This document shows, piece after piece, positions 26,060 through 38,624 of a stretch of DNA of 64,000 bases (its first letter is position 1; each line of letters opens with the position of its first letter). The translations under genes were made by a program, and so were the position numbers. Source of the stretch: Fimbriosthenelais zetlandica (taxonomy: Eukaryota); contig OZ365110.1 in assembly GCA_977030845.1 (NCBI GenBank), forward strand, positions 32,240,001 through 32,304,000, in the 5' to 3' direction. Below the pieces are notes generated by a model. That model ran no database searches. It had not been told where the DNA came from and saw only the letters and a program-made list of their open reading frames with translations.

Positions 26060-29000
26060 TTATCTTTCGGTTCTGTTTAATTCAGTAGGCGACTTCTGGA
26101 CCACTACAATTCAGAAAGAAAAAGTAAATTTAATATTAGGGAAAAGTAGGCATAGAGAATCTATAGAGCATCAGACGCATCTACCATATAGGGAAACTAT
26201 AGGGTGTCAGACACGTGAATGACTGACACCCTATCTAACATGGAGTTAAAGAGTTAGCATTCATATTTACTTACCCACTTCACAATATTTACCCTTGAAG
26301 ACGTGTGAACATTTGCATTTGCCGTTTTTGCAGCGGCCTCCATTGAGGCATGGCGCTCGACACGTCCTCTTCTGACATTTCTTACCAACATATCCCGGAC
26401 GACAGCGACATACCCCAGGCTTTACACAAGTCGAGTTAGGAATGCAACCTCCAGGGCATATAGCTGTAGGGGAAAGGGAGACAATCTTATAGGAAGGTTT
26501 GCAATAGGGAATGCATTCAGCAATCAGATTCATTGACAGGTCATTTCTATTTTTCCCATGATCAAGAAATAAGGAACTGTTCACAATTTGACAAGCCCCA
26601 AAATTCGGTAAAAAGCCTTACCATTTTGACACCATGCTCCTTTGTATCCTGGCTGGCATCTACATTTATCATTTCCTATACATTTCCCACCGTTGTCACA
26701 CCTAGGAATGCAGGTAGGTGGTTTTTTCCAGATCGAACCTGGAAATAATGTAAGCAAGTTAAGACCATTCCCTGAATAAGGCAGATACCTGCGGAAATGT
26801 TGGACAATATATACAGTTTCTATAGTGCAGCGTTCTGGTGTTCAACCAACAATAATTTAAGACATTTTGATTCGCTGACTGTCATGCTCACTCGCTCACT
26901 CACACACCCTTATAGGCCTAAAGCGCGTTCTACACTACACCGATCTGGGGTGCGATTTCATGATCTTAACGGTCTCATCAGATCAAATTGAAGTAAGATT
27001 AAAAATGGGCATAATGTGTATGAAGATGAGATCATGATCGGGATGATTCTCTCATGGAGCTGTGCATGTCAGATCTGATGCGATTTGGGGGCAGATCTTG
27101 CATGTCAGATTTTAATCTGACCAGGTCATGAATCGATGTAGGGTAGACTGCGCTTAAGGAACGATCAAACGGACTAAATTGAATTATATTTTACTAAATT
27201 TGTGTCTTCGATAATTCCAAATAAATTAATGAGTACAAATTCTGTTGCTTGTGCATTTTTCAAACTCACTCAATTTCTTTCTCGCTTACTCCCTCTCACT
27301 CACCCACTCTCTCCCTAGCTCACCATCTCTCACCCCTCTCACTCTCTATCACTTGCTTCCACACTCACTCACTCTCATATTCACTACAGTATGCACACCC
27401 ACCAGCTCACAGTTTTAGTTTCCTACCTTTAGGTCTCTTGGAGCGTCTACAGCAGACCACACCTGTTGTGTGACCTTTTTGGTAATTACATGCTCCGTAA
27501 AAACGTCCCCGGTAGACATCGATACGTCCCTCAGCGAGGCAGGACTTATACGTGCGCCGTATACGCCCACATTTCGACCCAATACCTGCCATATCCTGGC
27601 GGTGGCACCTGAATCAATCAGAATGGGTTCCATTATAATGTAGACCTACATTAAGCCTAGATCATACTAATCCGATTCTCTATCCGGCTCCATCCGATAG
27701 CTGTCAGAAACTATATTTCAATTCAATTGGATGCCATTAGAAATGGGGGGTTCGGATGGGGACGGATTGGAGAATCGGATTAGTGTATTCCAGGTTTTAT
27801 AAATTATTACAGGGTAGGCCTAGATTTGTGCAGTAGATTTTTCTAACCAATATAGGTTACAGTGTGATCCTCAGCCATGGACTCCAAAAGAACTCCTTTG
27901 GATAAACACAGTATCCTTCAACCAAATAGGGCCTTGTTCTGGTCTTATAACTGATATAACATAACTGAATAAATTTGAATTAAAATCATCTAATTGCAAA
28001 AGCAAACTTGTTTCCATTGACTTTATTCATTAAAGTAAATAGAAAAAAACTTGCGAGGATGAGGGAAAATAGACCTGCTTATGATAGATAAACCTATTTT
28101 TGAAAAGCTCTAAAGGCACCCTTGATTACGGTCCATGCATCACATTCTATGGAATCTGATGGCTTTGTAATTAAAGGCATCCTAATATGGGTCAGGTTGG
28201 GGAGACCTACCTGGTGCATTGGTTTAGGATGTTGGCTCCGTTATAAGCGTAACATCCCTCCAGTGACGTCGCTTCATCCCAGGTGATCATTTTGAGGAGT
28301 GACGTATGTCGCGGGTTACAGACGTGCCAGCCCCGTGCACACAGTGACTTTCCTCTCTTCACGTGACCTGACCATGCTCCTGCGCATGCCTGAATGTCTT
28401 CATAATCATGGAGGCCGTTCGTGGTGCCATCAGCACAGCCCGACTCATGGTCTAGAAACAAGATTCAAAAGTGATTATTTTCAAGCCTAATTTGATGGCA
28501 ATAAGCTGAGAAAAATGTAGGGTTTGGTCAACAAATCTGTGGATTTTGCTTGGGATTCGTATTCGAAGTGATAGGCCTAATGTCGAAAGGGTGTGGAAGG
28601 TCGCAGGGTCATACCAAAGACGAACAGTTCTCTTGCTTGGCACTGAGAAATAAGAGGATAATTCTAGGGCTGGTCGACCATGAGAGATTGTTGAAAGTGA
28701 CATTAAACAACCATACAATCGCAATCACTCGTAAGGTACGGAACAGTTGTGGGACTTGTAGAAGATAATAAGCACACAGTGGACATTTACAAGGCTTTAT
28801 GCTGCCTTAGGCAAAAGTTTAGATAACATTTTACGGTCCCTTACCTGTGACAATGACATTGGCCACAGCTTTATCCGTACCCGCCGTATTGCTGACTTGA
28901 CACGTGTATTTTCCAGTATCGGATGTTTGTGCCCCAGATATCAATAAATATCCTGAAAAAAACGAAAAAATAACTAGAAAATCATAACATTTTTGACATG

Positions 29001-32000
29001 TATTTCGAAAGAGCCGATAGCATAAAAATTAGGTCCGTGACCTACACTTTTTATGGTATTTCTGAACATGTATTAAATGTATAAGCAACATGAGAAAAAA
29101 TCATTGCTGCATAGAGATTCACCTTAATGTTAATTGACATCTTACCTGCAGATTCAAATACTGATATTCTAGATATATTTTTGGGTATAGGGAGTCCGTC
29201 CCTCAGCCATCGTACGGTGGGAGTGGGCGTTCCTAAGGCCTGACATGACAAGACAAACGTAACGCCCGTGGTAACATGCGTCATCCGGTTGGGCGCCACA
29301 AGGATCTGGGGAGGGATTCCTGCAAAAATTTGAAATAATTTTGTCCTTTTACTATAATTTAAAAGTTACAGATACAAATTAGCAGACTATAGACAAAAAG
29401 AAGATTTCATAACAAAGATCTATGTGCTACTTTATTTTTTTTCTATGTGCTACTTTAGTGCATGTTATAGTCCTGAAACAGTCAACACCAAAAATGCATT
29501 AGGTATTTCCTTATAGTCGAACCTTGGCCTTTGGACTGTCTTGTAGTTAGCCCAAGTTTTTGCACATGGTCATGAGCAATCACAAGGAAAATATAAACAA
29601 ATATAAAGCGTCGGGGTGATGTAGGCCTACATGTATGTAAGGTCTAAATTCTATACAAGGTCTAAATAATGCAGTTGTATTTTAGACGTCCACAACGCGT
29701 GTTTCCACTTTCATCATGTATATAGCTAATTGTGGACGAGACTTGTGTATAGGTACATGTATATTGGCTGACAGATTTATCAGTGCTCTGAAAAGTTGCT
29801 GAATCTCAATATAATTTTCTTACATATCTTACAAAAATTAACAAAAAAAACTTACCTCGGAGTTTGCAGCAGAGAACACCAGACACCAAGCCCGGTCTGT
29901 ACTGACAGGCTCTGTTAAAGTGGGTATCAACACAACAACTAGCATCTATCTGTCCTCCACTGATACACGACTTCTGACCGAAGTTCTGATGAGGGCAGCC
30001 ACGTCCTACCCCTCCGAGATCATCCTACAAGAACGGAATCAATAACAAAGGGTCCAAACCAAGATGTTAAAGAACCAGTGTTCAACATAGCGATTAGGGA
30101 GGAGGCCATAAACATCTGGACCAAACTGTAAACAGAATGATTTGACAGAATATAGTTTTAAAATTCTTTAAGTTACGAATACACCAAAGCAGTTTTTGGT
30201 CACTCCGCGAATTTTATGGACTTTTTATACACTTTTGATGAAAAGAAAGCAACGGACTAAGAGATGTCAGCCATCTTTAGCAAGTATGATGTCACGGGAT
30301 GTCACATGGTACCATAACACGTGTCGGGTTAGCCAATCAGAATGAGGCTAAATGGGAAATTGCATTTACATACACAGGGAGCACCTGTTTAAAATTTGCT
30401 TATACTTACAGCTTCTAAATTACTTTTGCATGGTTTGCACTGGCCGCCATCTTGGGCGGCGTTGATAGCATAGCAGCCTGGTAGGCTGGTGGCATCCTTC
30501 CAGGTGATGGACCTCAGTAGGAACTTGTCGTCCCAACCACAAACCCGCCAACCCGGGGCACACAGCCTAGATGTGGCATTCTCCACGTGACCTTCCCAAA
30601 TACCTTCACAAGCGGCTATTTTCGGATGTCTAGAATCCTGGAAGCCCGAGGTGATTCCACTTGAACACCCGGAAAAGCCTGAAATGTAGAACGGCAGAAC
30701 AGAATTATGGTTTTGTAATGCCAACTTTATGCAGGAGATTAGTCCATTTAAACCCCAGGCACATATGAAGTAAGGTCTCTGACAACGAAAATATACTGCA
30801 ACAAAATAATGAGACAACCACTCGGGGATTTTCTGGCAATAATTGATAACTGGTTATTTGCCCCATAGAGCTACTATGATTGCCCATGTAGCTAATTATA
30901 TGGAAATAGCCCCTAATCGACCAAGTGAAAAAGTCAAATATCCACTACCTTAGATAAATTTATTAAATGATAACAGGTAGTGAAGGGAGATGGCCTCTAT
31001 AATCGACCAAGAGAGAAAGTCAAATATCCACTACCTTAGATAAATGATAACAGGTAGTGGAGGGAGATGGCCACTAATCGACCAAGTGAGAAAGTAAAAT
31101 ATCCAATGCCTTAGATAATACAATCTGACAGGTAGTCATAATTTTTAGTGACTGTGGAAATCCTGTCAGAATTCAACAATATCAAAAGTACCCAACAATA
31201 TTCAAAAGTACCCGCTTCTCCTCGAAATTGGGAACGAGCATAGGTACCCACTTTAATTCAGAGTGCCCCCCCCCCCGGATTTGCAGCAGTTAATAAACAC
31301 TGCATTAGCACTTGATAGACCCTCCATTTGTAGCACTCAATAAGTGCTGGCAGCGTTTATTAAACGTTGCGTACACACTGGGTTTGCTTTCAGGCTCACC
31401 AACCCTATATAAGAAACAACATAATCATTGTGCAGTAATAATTCCAACTGACAATGTCCAGGGACTAATCTGGTTGATTTTTTTTCTGAATCAAAGCCCA
31501 TGGTTTGTGAAAGTCTCCGATATGGTGCACAAACTAATGATCCAATTAGGGGAAGGAAATATAATGGGGTGTTGGATATAAAATACAGGCTAATCCAATT
31601 ACGTTTACTCAAGGGTTATGATTTCTTATAATTTTCAAACAAAAAACATTCGGTAGAATTTCTTGTAGGCCTATAGTTAAAAGTACCAAGTCAAAGATAC
31701 TTATTGATGTGTTGGCGGTAGCACAAAGGCCAGTGCGCCTATTTAGGTAAAGGTTAGTTCATTCTGTCACAAAGAATGTTTTAAAATGTAAAAGGCAGAG
31801 GGTGATGCTGGTCCCTTTAGTGTTAATGGGTTTTGTCTTTCACAAAGTTCCTCATTTCCGCCTGTCGATCTTTGGAGTATTCCTTATGACCTCTGACCAT
31901 GAAAATTTAATACTGCGCCTTCCCTAAAGGTTTGCGGTATGCATATAGTATGTCAAGTGAAGGTGGTTCAAAGGGTTCCAGGATTTTGTAATTTGGGTGA

Positions 32001-34252
32001 GATTTAAAAAAAAAGAGGATCGGGGTGAGTTCAGTCTGGGAGCAAAACATAACGCACAATTTGGCGACAACATATCCAACGGGGGGAAAGATACATTATA
32101 AGAAATTAGGTCAGGTAGAAATGTCAGAAATCGTTTGGGGAAATTTTGAAAATAGGCCTATAAGTTTTTTTCAACTGTCAAAATGTAGGTTAGTTATACA
32201 TTTAGTGCCATACTATGGGCAGAGGGTTATACCGTAATTTTTCCACACATTTGTTTGAACTGATCGCACCTATAGATTCAAGATGATTCTAGGTTGGGAA
32301 TCACCTATACCCTTATAAAGTTCTGTATTGGACCGTAGGCGAAATTTTATGGCGAAATCCGACTGGCTTCAAGTTCAAATCAAGGGCTTAGAATACATAT
32401 TATTGTAACCGGACCATGCACTGAAACCTACAAATTCCCAGTCCATCTCCTGAAGGGCAGAGATTCATCCAAAAATATGTCCCCGGGGCCCCACGGCCCC
32501 ACAGGGGAGGGGGCTGGCAGGCCAGCATCAGATCCCCCGGCAAATAAACAGGCATCGGAAGCGATAATAAACAAATAAACCCAGAAGACTGGCTCGTGTA
32601 TTTTGGGCCAAGTGTGTACCATTAACACAACCAAGTAGCGGAAATCAAAGCCTAGGGTTTTATACAACAGTATCGGCTATTTCACAATACGAACATGTCA
32701 GTGGCACGTGCTTATTTTTCTAGGAATCCGGGATGACTAGGTGAGCTCACAGGTACGGCGCAACTCTACCAGCAGCTGCCCATCTCTATATAGGGGCTGT
32801 TTCATAATATTTTCCATCGCTTCACAGATTAAACGTGAGAATACATTATCTTCTTTATGACAGAAACGTGCGGGTTTCTGGAAAAATATGCAATTCATGA
32901 GGATGTTCCATAAAAATATATAATATTATAGACTTTAATTCTTTTATTACATATTATGACATATACATAGATTTTGATACAATTAATCAGTATTGAGACC
33001 CCGATTGAGGAATCAAAGCGGAGTTGGAAGGGGCATGGCTATGTCATATGTCAGGGGCGGATCCCGCAATTTGAAAAGGAGAGGGGTAGGGTTCGAATTT
33101 GAGTTGGGTTGGGAGCAATGTAGGCCTACCCTATACCTACATACCTTTGTATAGATTCACATCTCACTATGATTATTTTAACTGATTTGGTTTTATGTGT
33201 ATAGAATGTGTATTGGATGTATGTGAATTGGAATGTGAATTACGCTTAAGCTGAATTTCGGATAAGCTGAACGGATTTTCATTTTAAGTTCACCTTAAGT
33301 GGGAAGCAGTGTAAATACGACCGATCAATACTGAAACCTACATATATTATGATATATTCAAGCTTCCCACCGAACTCGGGCTCCTGGATTCAAAGTCCAA
33401 TGTGCTAACCACTACACCATGGCGCCATTGAGATCAGAGTGAGTCCTACTGCGTTTTCTCCCCCGCCCCACACTCATTACCGGAAAATTTGTTTAACCAT
33501 TCTGTGCTAAAAAAGTCGAGGCACCACCGAGGTTCGAACTCGGGCTCCTGGATTCAAAGTCCAATGTGCTAACCACTACACCATGGCGCCAGTGCGAGCA
33601 AAGTGAGTCCTACTGCGTTTTCTCCCCCACCCCACCCTCATTACCGGAAAATTTGTTTAACCATTCTGTGCGCCATTGAGATCAGAGTGAGTCCTACTGC
33701 GTTTTCTCCCCCGCCCCACCCTCATTACCGGAAAATTTGTTTAACCATTCTGTGCTAAAAAGCTTGAGGCACCACCGCGGTTCGAACTCGGGCTCCTGGA
33801 ATCAAAGTCCAATGTGCTAACCACTACACCATGGCGCCCGCGGGAGTGTACCATAAAAAAAACTATATTTCGGACAGGTATCGGGTATTATACCTATATA
33901 TAGCCTCGGTAAGGCTAACCACACTTTCACAATCATTGGATGCCATTAGAAATGGAGGTCGGATGGCGACGGATTGGGGAATCGGATTAGTGTGTTCCAT
34001 GCTTAAACTTATTGTCTATCGTAATAGTGAGTGTACCCTTGAGCATCCTTGTCTTCTTCATAGATCTAGAAGCACGTTTCTATGTCATTTTCGGCAACTT
34101 TGTTATTTTAATAAGCTTAATTCTAAAGCAGAACAACGGGTATAGGAGACATGCACCCAGCACATACCTGTTCTGAAGGCTTGAGACTTGTACGTCAGAC
34201 TGGCCAAGGTGACGACAGCTAATGACCACACTACGTTCATGTATATCACCAT
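26060..34252 (-). CDS. Secreted protein: signal peptide, Cys-rich domain, Ig, second Cys-rich domain, 2x EGF (>=472 aa)
   Basis: Phase-consistent exons 34252-34168 (MVIYMNVVWSLAVVTLA), 30678-30410, 30024-29856, 29319-29146, 28952-28845 (Ig: SC...WLRDG...DTGKYTC), 28451-28211, 27608-27427 and 26463-26275 (EGF). The terminal exon 26103-26060 is tentative. Confidence 0.85.
27655..27796. mobile_element. MITE-like dispersed repeat, family 1
   Basis: Inverted ends (ACTAATCCGATTCTC...GAGAATCGGATTAGT). Related pieces occur at ~7245-7310, ~33935-34002 and ~52545-52712. Confidence 0.65.
30908..31140. repeat. Three degenerate ~75-90-bp tandem units
   Basis: TAATCGACCAAG...AAATATCCA...CCTTAGATAA...ACAGGTAGT occurs three times. 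Confidence 0.75.
33372..33426 (-). pseudogene. 3'-truncated tRNA-Gln(TTG)
   Basis: Identical to the 5' 55 nt of the intact copy and breaks off in the T-loop. Confidence 0.8.
33519..33590 (-). tRNA. tRNA-Gln(TTG)
   Basis: GGCGCCATGGTGTAGTGGTTAGCACATTGGACTTTGAATCCAGGAGCCCGAGTTCGAACCTCGGTGGTGCCT: complete cloverleaf, followed by a T-run terminator. Confidence 0.9.
33767..33838 (-). tRNA. tRNA-Gln(TTG) variant
   Basis: Same sequence as the 33519 copy except a T-stem mismatch and a loop change (CTTTGAT). Confidence 0.7.
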
Positions 34253-34988
34253 GACTATATCAGCCTCACGCTCCTACCACCTGTCATATCTGAAAAATGA
34301 GACATCATCACTTATTAGCACAGACTGGCAGGTTATAAACCATGTACCGGTACATGTAGAAATTATAAACTTTATTTAGACATTTTATTGAAATAGGGTG
34401 AAATTTTGCTTAAAAATTGGAATGAAATATATAAAGCAAAGTAGCATGAGAGATAAGACGGGGCTGGAGAAAATATATATATTTTATTGATATAAGATAA
34501 CATAAATGTGAAATTGATAAATTGTATGAATAATAGTACAATGACAGTTTTAAGGCAATAATTATAATTAAAACAATTGAATATTTAATATTGAAGAAGT
34601 GAATATAGAACCCGATAAAATATATATATTTAGAATTGAATGTAGGGTGGGTGGGAGGAATTGAAAGAGAGGAGAAGAAAGAGTGAATGAGAATAGAGTA
34701 TGAGAGGGAGCTTTATATGGGAGAGGAAGGTAATTTGATTGGGTTTAAATTTAGAAATAATATAGCGCCCGCCACTCTCATGCCCTGGCAATTTTCCAAG
34801 GCCGAGAAAAATTAAATGAAATAAACAGATAAAATAAAGAAACTAATTAATTCAATTTTAAAATTTGACCAATCGCCGCATGATTACTGTAGGCCTATTG
34901 ATTTCTCTAACTTATTCTATAACAATTTTTCCACATTTCCATAAGCTTTTCCACAACTGTTTTGTCTGATGCAAAGGTACACAAATCA

Positions 34989-35064
34989 AGGGCCTGTTTC
35001 AGAACAAGCAAAAGCAATGCAATGCTAAGTCTATGGGGAATTTTTTAGGATGAAACAGGCCCCT
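34989..35064. mobile_element. MITE family 2 (GGGCCTGTTTCA...TGAAACAGGCCC), representative copy
   Basis: Short TIR pair. The same terminus recurs at ~32793, 44780-44850, 44905, 46981, 49922, 53186-53420, 56663, 58107, 58452 and 63358. Confidence 0.6.
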
Positions 35065-35516
35065 GGAGCCCATCTCAAAACTGGCCATAACATTGCTAAT
35101 AATTATTCCTTTAGAGACGCGTCTCTGACACATGGTTTCAATGATCTACATGTATTTGAGTCCGGCACTAAATTCTTAAGTTTCTGCATTGTCTCAACAA
35201 CACGGATAGTCTTATGTCAACAGTATACTGACATGTCTACTCATCAGGCCATTGTAGGTTAAATAATGTTACTGGTTCTTGCTCACATCAAAAGGTGTGA
35301 TAGACTGTATAGCGACATTTGGCTGTCAACTCATTGCTACTATACGCGGTAATTGCAATGAGTTGACAGCAGAGGTATACAACCTCTTGTCAAAAGGTGT
35401 AACTACATGAACATTCTATAGCGACGTTGGAGCGACAAGCATAAAGTGCATTCGCTAAGACAAATAGCTAACATTTTTAGAGAGTGATCTTGACACATGA
35501 CATCTGAGTCGCGCGA

Positions 35517-35625
35517 CGGTCGCCTGAGTGACGAGGGCGTCACCTTGTGGCGTATAAATACACCAGGCAGGTTAGTGAGCAGACAGAACTTGTCCTCTGC
35601 TCAATCAGCAAACAACAACCAGCAA
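35517..35625 (+). promoter_or_regulatory. Conserved core promoter and leader, copy 1
   Basis: CGCCTGA-GTGACG AGGG CGTCAC-CTTGTGGCG-TATAAAT (35553), then a leader block shared by all copies. Confidence 0.75.
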
Positions 35626-35815
35626 TCATATTCTACGATCATCTATATTACATAACATTCTATTGCCTTCTATACTCTAATACATTCTTCCATCAGCAAA
35701 TTTACAGAAAGAAATCTTCCACTTCAACGATCAGGTTTTGAATTCACCAAGTCATTGAGATTGTCATTTCCTAGAAAACTTCATTTAGCACTTTGTCCTA
35801 AAGCCACAAGTTGCC

Positions 35816-36136
35816 ATGGAATCTTCACAGGGAGCTGAAATGATCCAGAAGATGCGCGTCATGGAACGTCGTTTTGACCGTGTTTGTCGTCAGCTGATAC
35901 TGATGAACAACAACATCCGGGCCGTCAACGCTCGTTACCAGCGCTCCCTCCGCAACGACAGGAAAACACTCCGCTACAACCTGCGACTGCGCATTCTCAC
36001 CCTGGAGGGTGTGAGGGATATGTTTACACAGTATGCAGAAGATAAAGCTGATCAACTGGACGCCATGGAGGACGATCTGCTAGACAAGTATGACATCGAC
36101 TGGCAGGACGTTTATGACGCTGATCTGGAGGGCTGA
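35816..36136 (+). CDS. Unnamed helical protein family, copy 1 (106 aa, intronless)
   Basis: Intact ORF with near-identical paralogues in the window, an upstream TATA box and a downstream stem-loop. Many differences between copies are synonymous. Confidence 0.88.
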   Translation: MESSQGAEMIQKMRVMERRFDRVCRQLILMNNNIRAVNARYQRSLRNDRKTLRYNLRLRILTLEGVRDMFTQYAEDKADQLDAMEDDLLDKYDIDWQDVYDADLEG

Positions 36137-36184
36137 TGGCTGTCACAACTACAGCAGTGCTCTTCACCACCGACCTTAACAAAA

Positions 36185-36222
36185 GGCCCTTATCAGGGCC
36201 CCCCCTCACTGACAAGAAATGA
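36185..36222 (+). terminator. Histone-type 3' stem-loop plus HDE-like element (copy 1)
   Basis: AAAA-GGCCCT TATC AGGGCC (36185-36200), 12 nt, CAAGAAATGA (36213-36222); 48 nt after the stop. Confidence 0.8.
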
Positions 36223-37867
36223 TTTTTCGTGTTCTGTTTCTTTTACCCCAAAAAGCAATATGTCCTGAATATAACCTATCAAAATTTCATGTCAATGTTA
36301 AGCCAATCTACATTCAAGACCTAAATGGTCTGTCTCGGACTTACTAATCCCACTTTCTTAAACTTTTACAAATAAGAATATCTGTGCTACTCCCTGTTCC
36401 CTGTGTGTATCATCAGCATCATATAGCTGATATATGGGTCCGTTGCACAGCGAATCGTAAAGCAAAATTCGCATAGTAAATCTTTCGTAAACGTCTTGCT
36501 GTTGCACAGAGAGAAATCGTATCGTAAAAGGACTGTTCGTATCGTAAATCATAGGTAATTTTGCGAGGTGATCTAAGGCACCAAACATCGTAATCGTATC
36601 TTATATCGTAATCGTATCTTAAACTACGGTAGATCGTTATCTTATGGAGGCATGTGTGTGTGGAGGAGTAATCCTAGCCCTTCGTTATAGGCATAATTAA
36701 ACATCGTCGGACAGTAAAATTTATTTTTTGGCAAGCATGTCCTGAGGTCTACAATCTATTTTTTTTACGGTACATATCCGAATCTCATATTATATAATGA
36801 AGAAGCCTCACATGATGCCACATAATTATATGTATAATTTTGGGTAAATATGGCCAAATTTTGATCAGAAACGGGCCCTGAAAGCTGTAGAAATGTGACC
36901 CAAATCTTCAGGCAATAAAGTCAAGAAACGCAATGACAAAAAAAGTAAGAAATGACCTCGATGCTTCAGCTTTGAGACTAGCAATAGACAACAAATATGA
37001 TTTGCCCCTCAGAGTCCGGGGAATAAGGGGGAGTAAGTGGGGGAAAACCCGGAGGGTCGTAAGGTCAAGGCGGAAGGGAAGGAGGGTGGGTCTGGCCGTG
37101 TGTATGAAACACTCAGGGGAAATCAACCTTCTTGGCCCTTACAACAGCAGAGGGGTGAAAAGACTGAGACTGAGTGATAAGCAGCGTCACCTTCTGGGCG
37201 TTAATTGACACTACAAATTTCCCGGGAGTACGATCAAAGGTAAACATCATCAATCATGACGAATGATGATAGTAAGCTCCAGTAAGCTACGAGTGGTGAA
37301 AATCATAATATCAGTGTGTTTTACAAGTAAATCTTCGCCATCTACCTCGTTGAGTAATTGCATTGTTCCAATGCTGTTAAAAAATGTTTGGACAATAAAA
37401 TGCTTGTTATTGCATTGTCCAAGCATTGGTTTTTTTTTTTAAAAAGTGCCATGAAATGGGCCAGAAATGGAAGTGATGGGAATCATGAGATGGGGACAGA
37501 TGGGGACTCAAAGAGTGTTAATAGGGAGAATAGAGAGTGAGGAGACAGAGATGGGAGAGAGGTGGTAAAGGGAGGAAATGAGTGAGTACTGTAGAGGGGA
37601 TGCCATATATGGAGGCCTGTCACATAAGCTCTACAGTGTTTCTATAAATTAAATATATTATTTACTTTCTTGTCCATACTACATGTACGCAATCTTACCC
37701 ATACAGCGACAGTCGCACAACAAGTGACAAGTGTAGGCCTACTCATTGTTAAACTCAATAATGTCAACAGGCGTGAACAACTGTATAGCGACGGTCGCGC
37801 GACAAGCATTAAATCCACTCATCACTGAGGCAAATCGCTAACATTGTGACAGTGTGATCTAGACATG

Positions 37868-38000
37868 TCAGGTGTCAATCATTCGTGCGCCTGAGTGACG
37901 AGGGCGTCACCTTGAGGCGTATAAATACACCAGGCAGTGTAGTTAGCAGACAGAACTTGTCTTCTGCTCAATCAGCAAACAACAACCAGCAATCAATCAT
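37868..38000 (+). promoter_or_regulatory. Conserved core promoter and leader, copy 2
   Basis: TGTCAATCA (37873-37881), the GTGACG/CGTCAC palindrome and TATAAAT at 37920. Confidence 0.75.
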
Positions 38001-38210
38001 AACTCTACAATCATCTATATAATAGAACATTCTACTGCCTTCTACTCTATTGCATCCGTTGCTTCCCGTAGCAAAGAGAAAGAAACCTTCTACTTCCACA
38101 ACCAGGTTTTGAACCCACCAAGAAGAACAACAGCTAGGCCTCTCATCGAGATCATCATTTCTTAGAATCGTTTCCTTTGCATACTGTCTTAACCCCATCA
38201 AAAGTTCACC

Positions 38211-38537
38211 ATGGAATCTGGCCAAGGAGCTGTTGAAATGATCCAGAAGATGCGCGTCATGGAACGTCGTTTTGACCGCGTCTGTCGTCAGCTGATACTG
38301 ATGAAAAACAACATCCGGGCCATCAACGCTCGTTACCAGCGCGCCCTCCTCGACGACAGGAAAACACTGCGCTACAACCTGCGACTGCGCATTCTCACCC
38401 TGGAGGGTGTGAGGGATATGTTTACACAGTATGCAGAAGATAAAGCTGATCAACTGGACGCCATGGAGGACGAACTGCTAGACAAGTATGACATCGACTG
38501 GCAGGACGTTTGTGACGCTGATCTGCTGCAGGGCTAA
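38211..38537 (+). CDS. Unnamed helical protein family, copy 2 (108 aa)
   Basis: Intact paralogous ORF with the same promoter and 3' signals as copy 1. Confidence 0.88.
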   Translation: MESGQGAVEMIQKMRVMERRFDRVCRQLILMKNNIRAINARYQRALLDDRKTLRYNLRLRILTLEGVRDMFTQYAEDKADQLDAMEDELLDKYDIDWQDVCDADLLQG

Positions 38538-38586
38538 CGAACTTGTCACCATCTAGAGCTTCTTCACTATATCCACTTAAACAAAA

Positions 38587-38624
38587 GGCCCTTATCAGGG
38601 CCCTCCCACCTTCACAAGAAATGA
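38587..38624 (+). terminator. Histone-type 3' stem-loop plus HDE-like element (copy 2)
   Basis: GGCCCT TATC AGGGCC (38587-38602), 12 nt, CAAGAAATGA starting at 38615. Confidence 0.8.

Noticed and set aside
36181-36200. Hairpin plus T-run on the opposite strand read as a bacterial rho-independent terminator or contamination
   Set aside because: The context is eukaryotic (TATA boxes, spliced neighbours, shared MITEs). In the gene's own sense the A-run precedes the stem, as in histone mRNAs.
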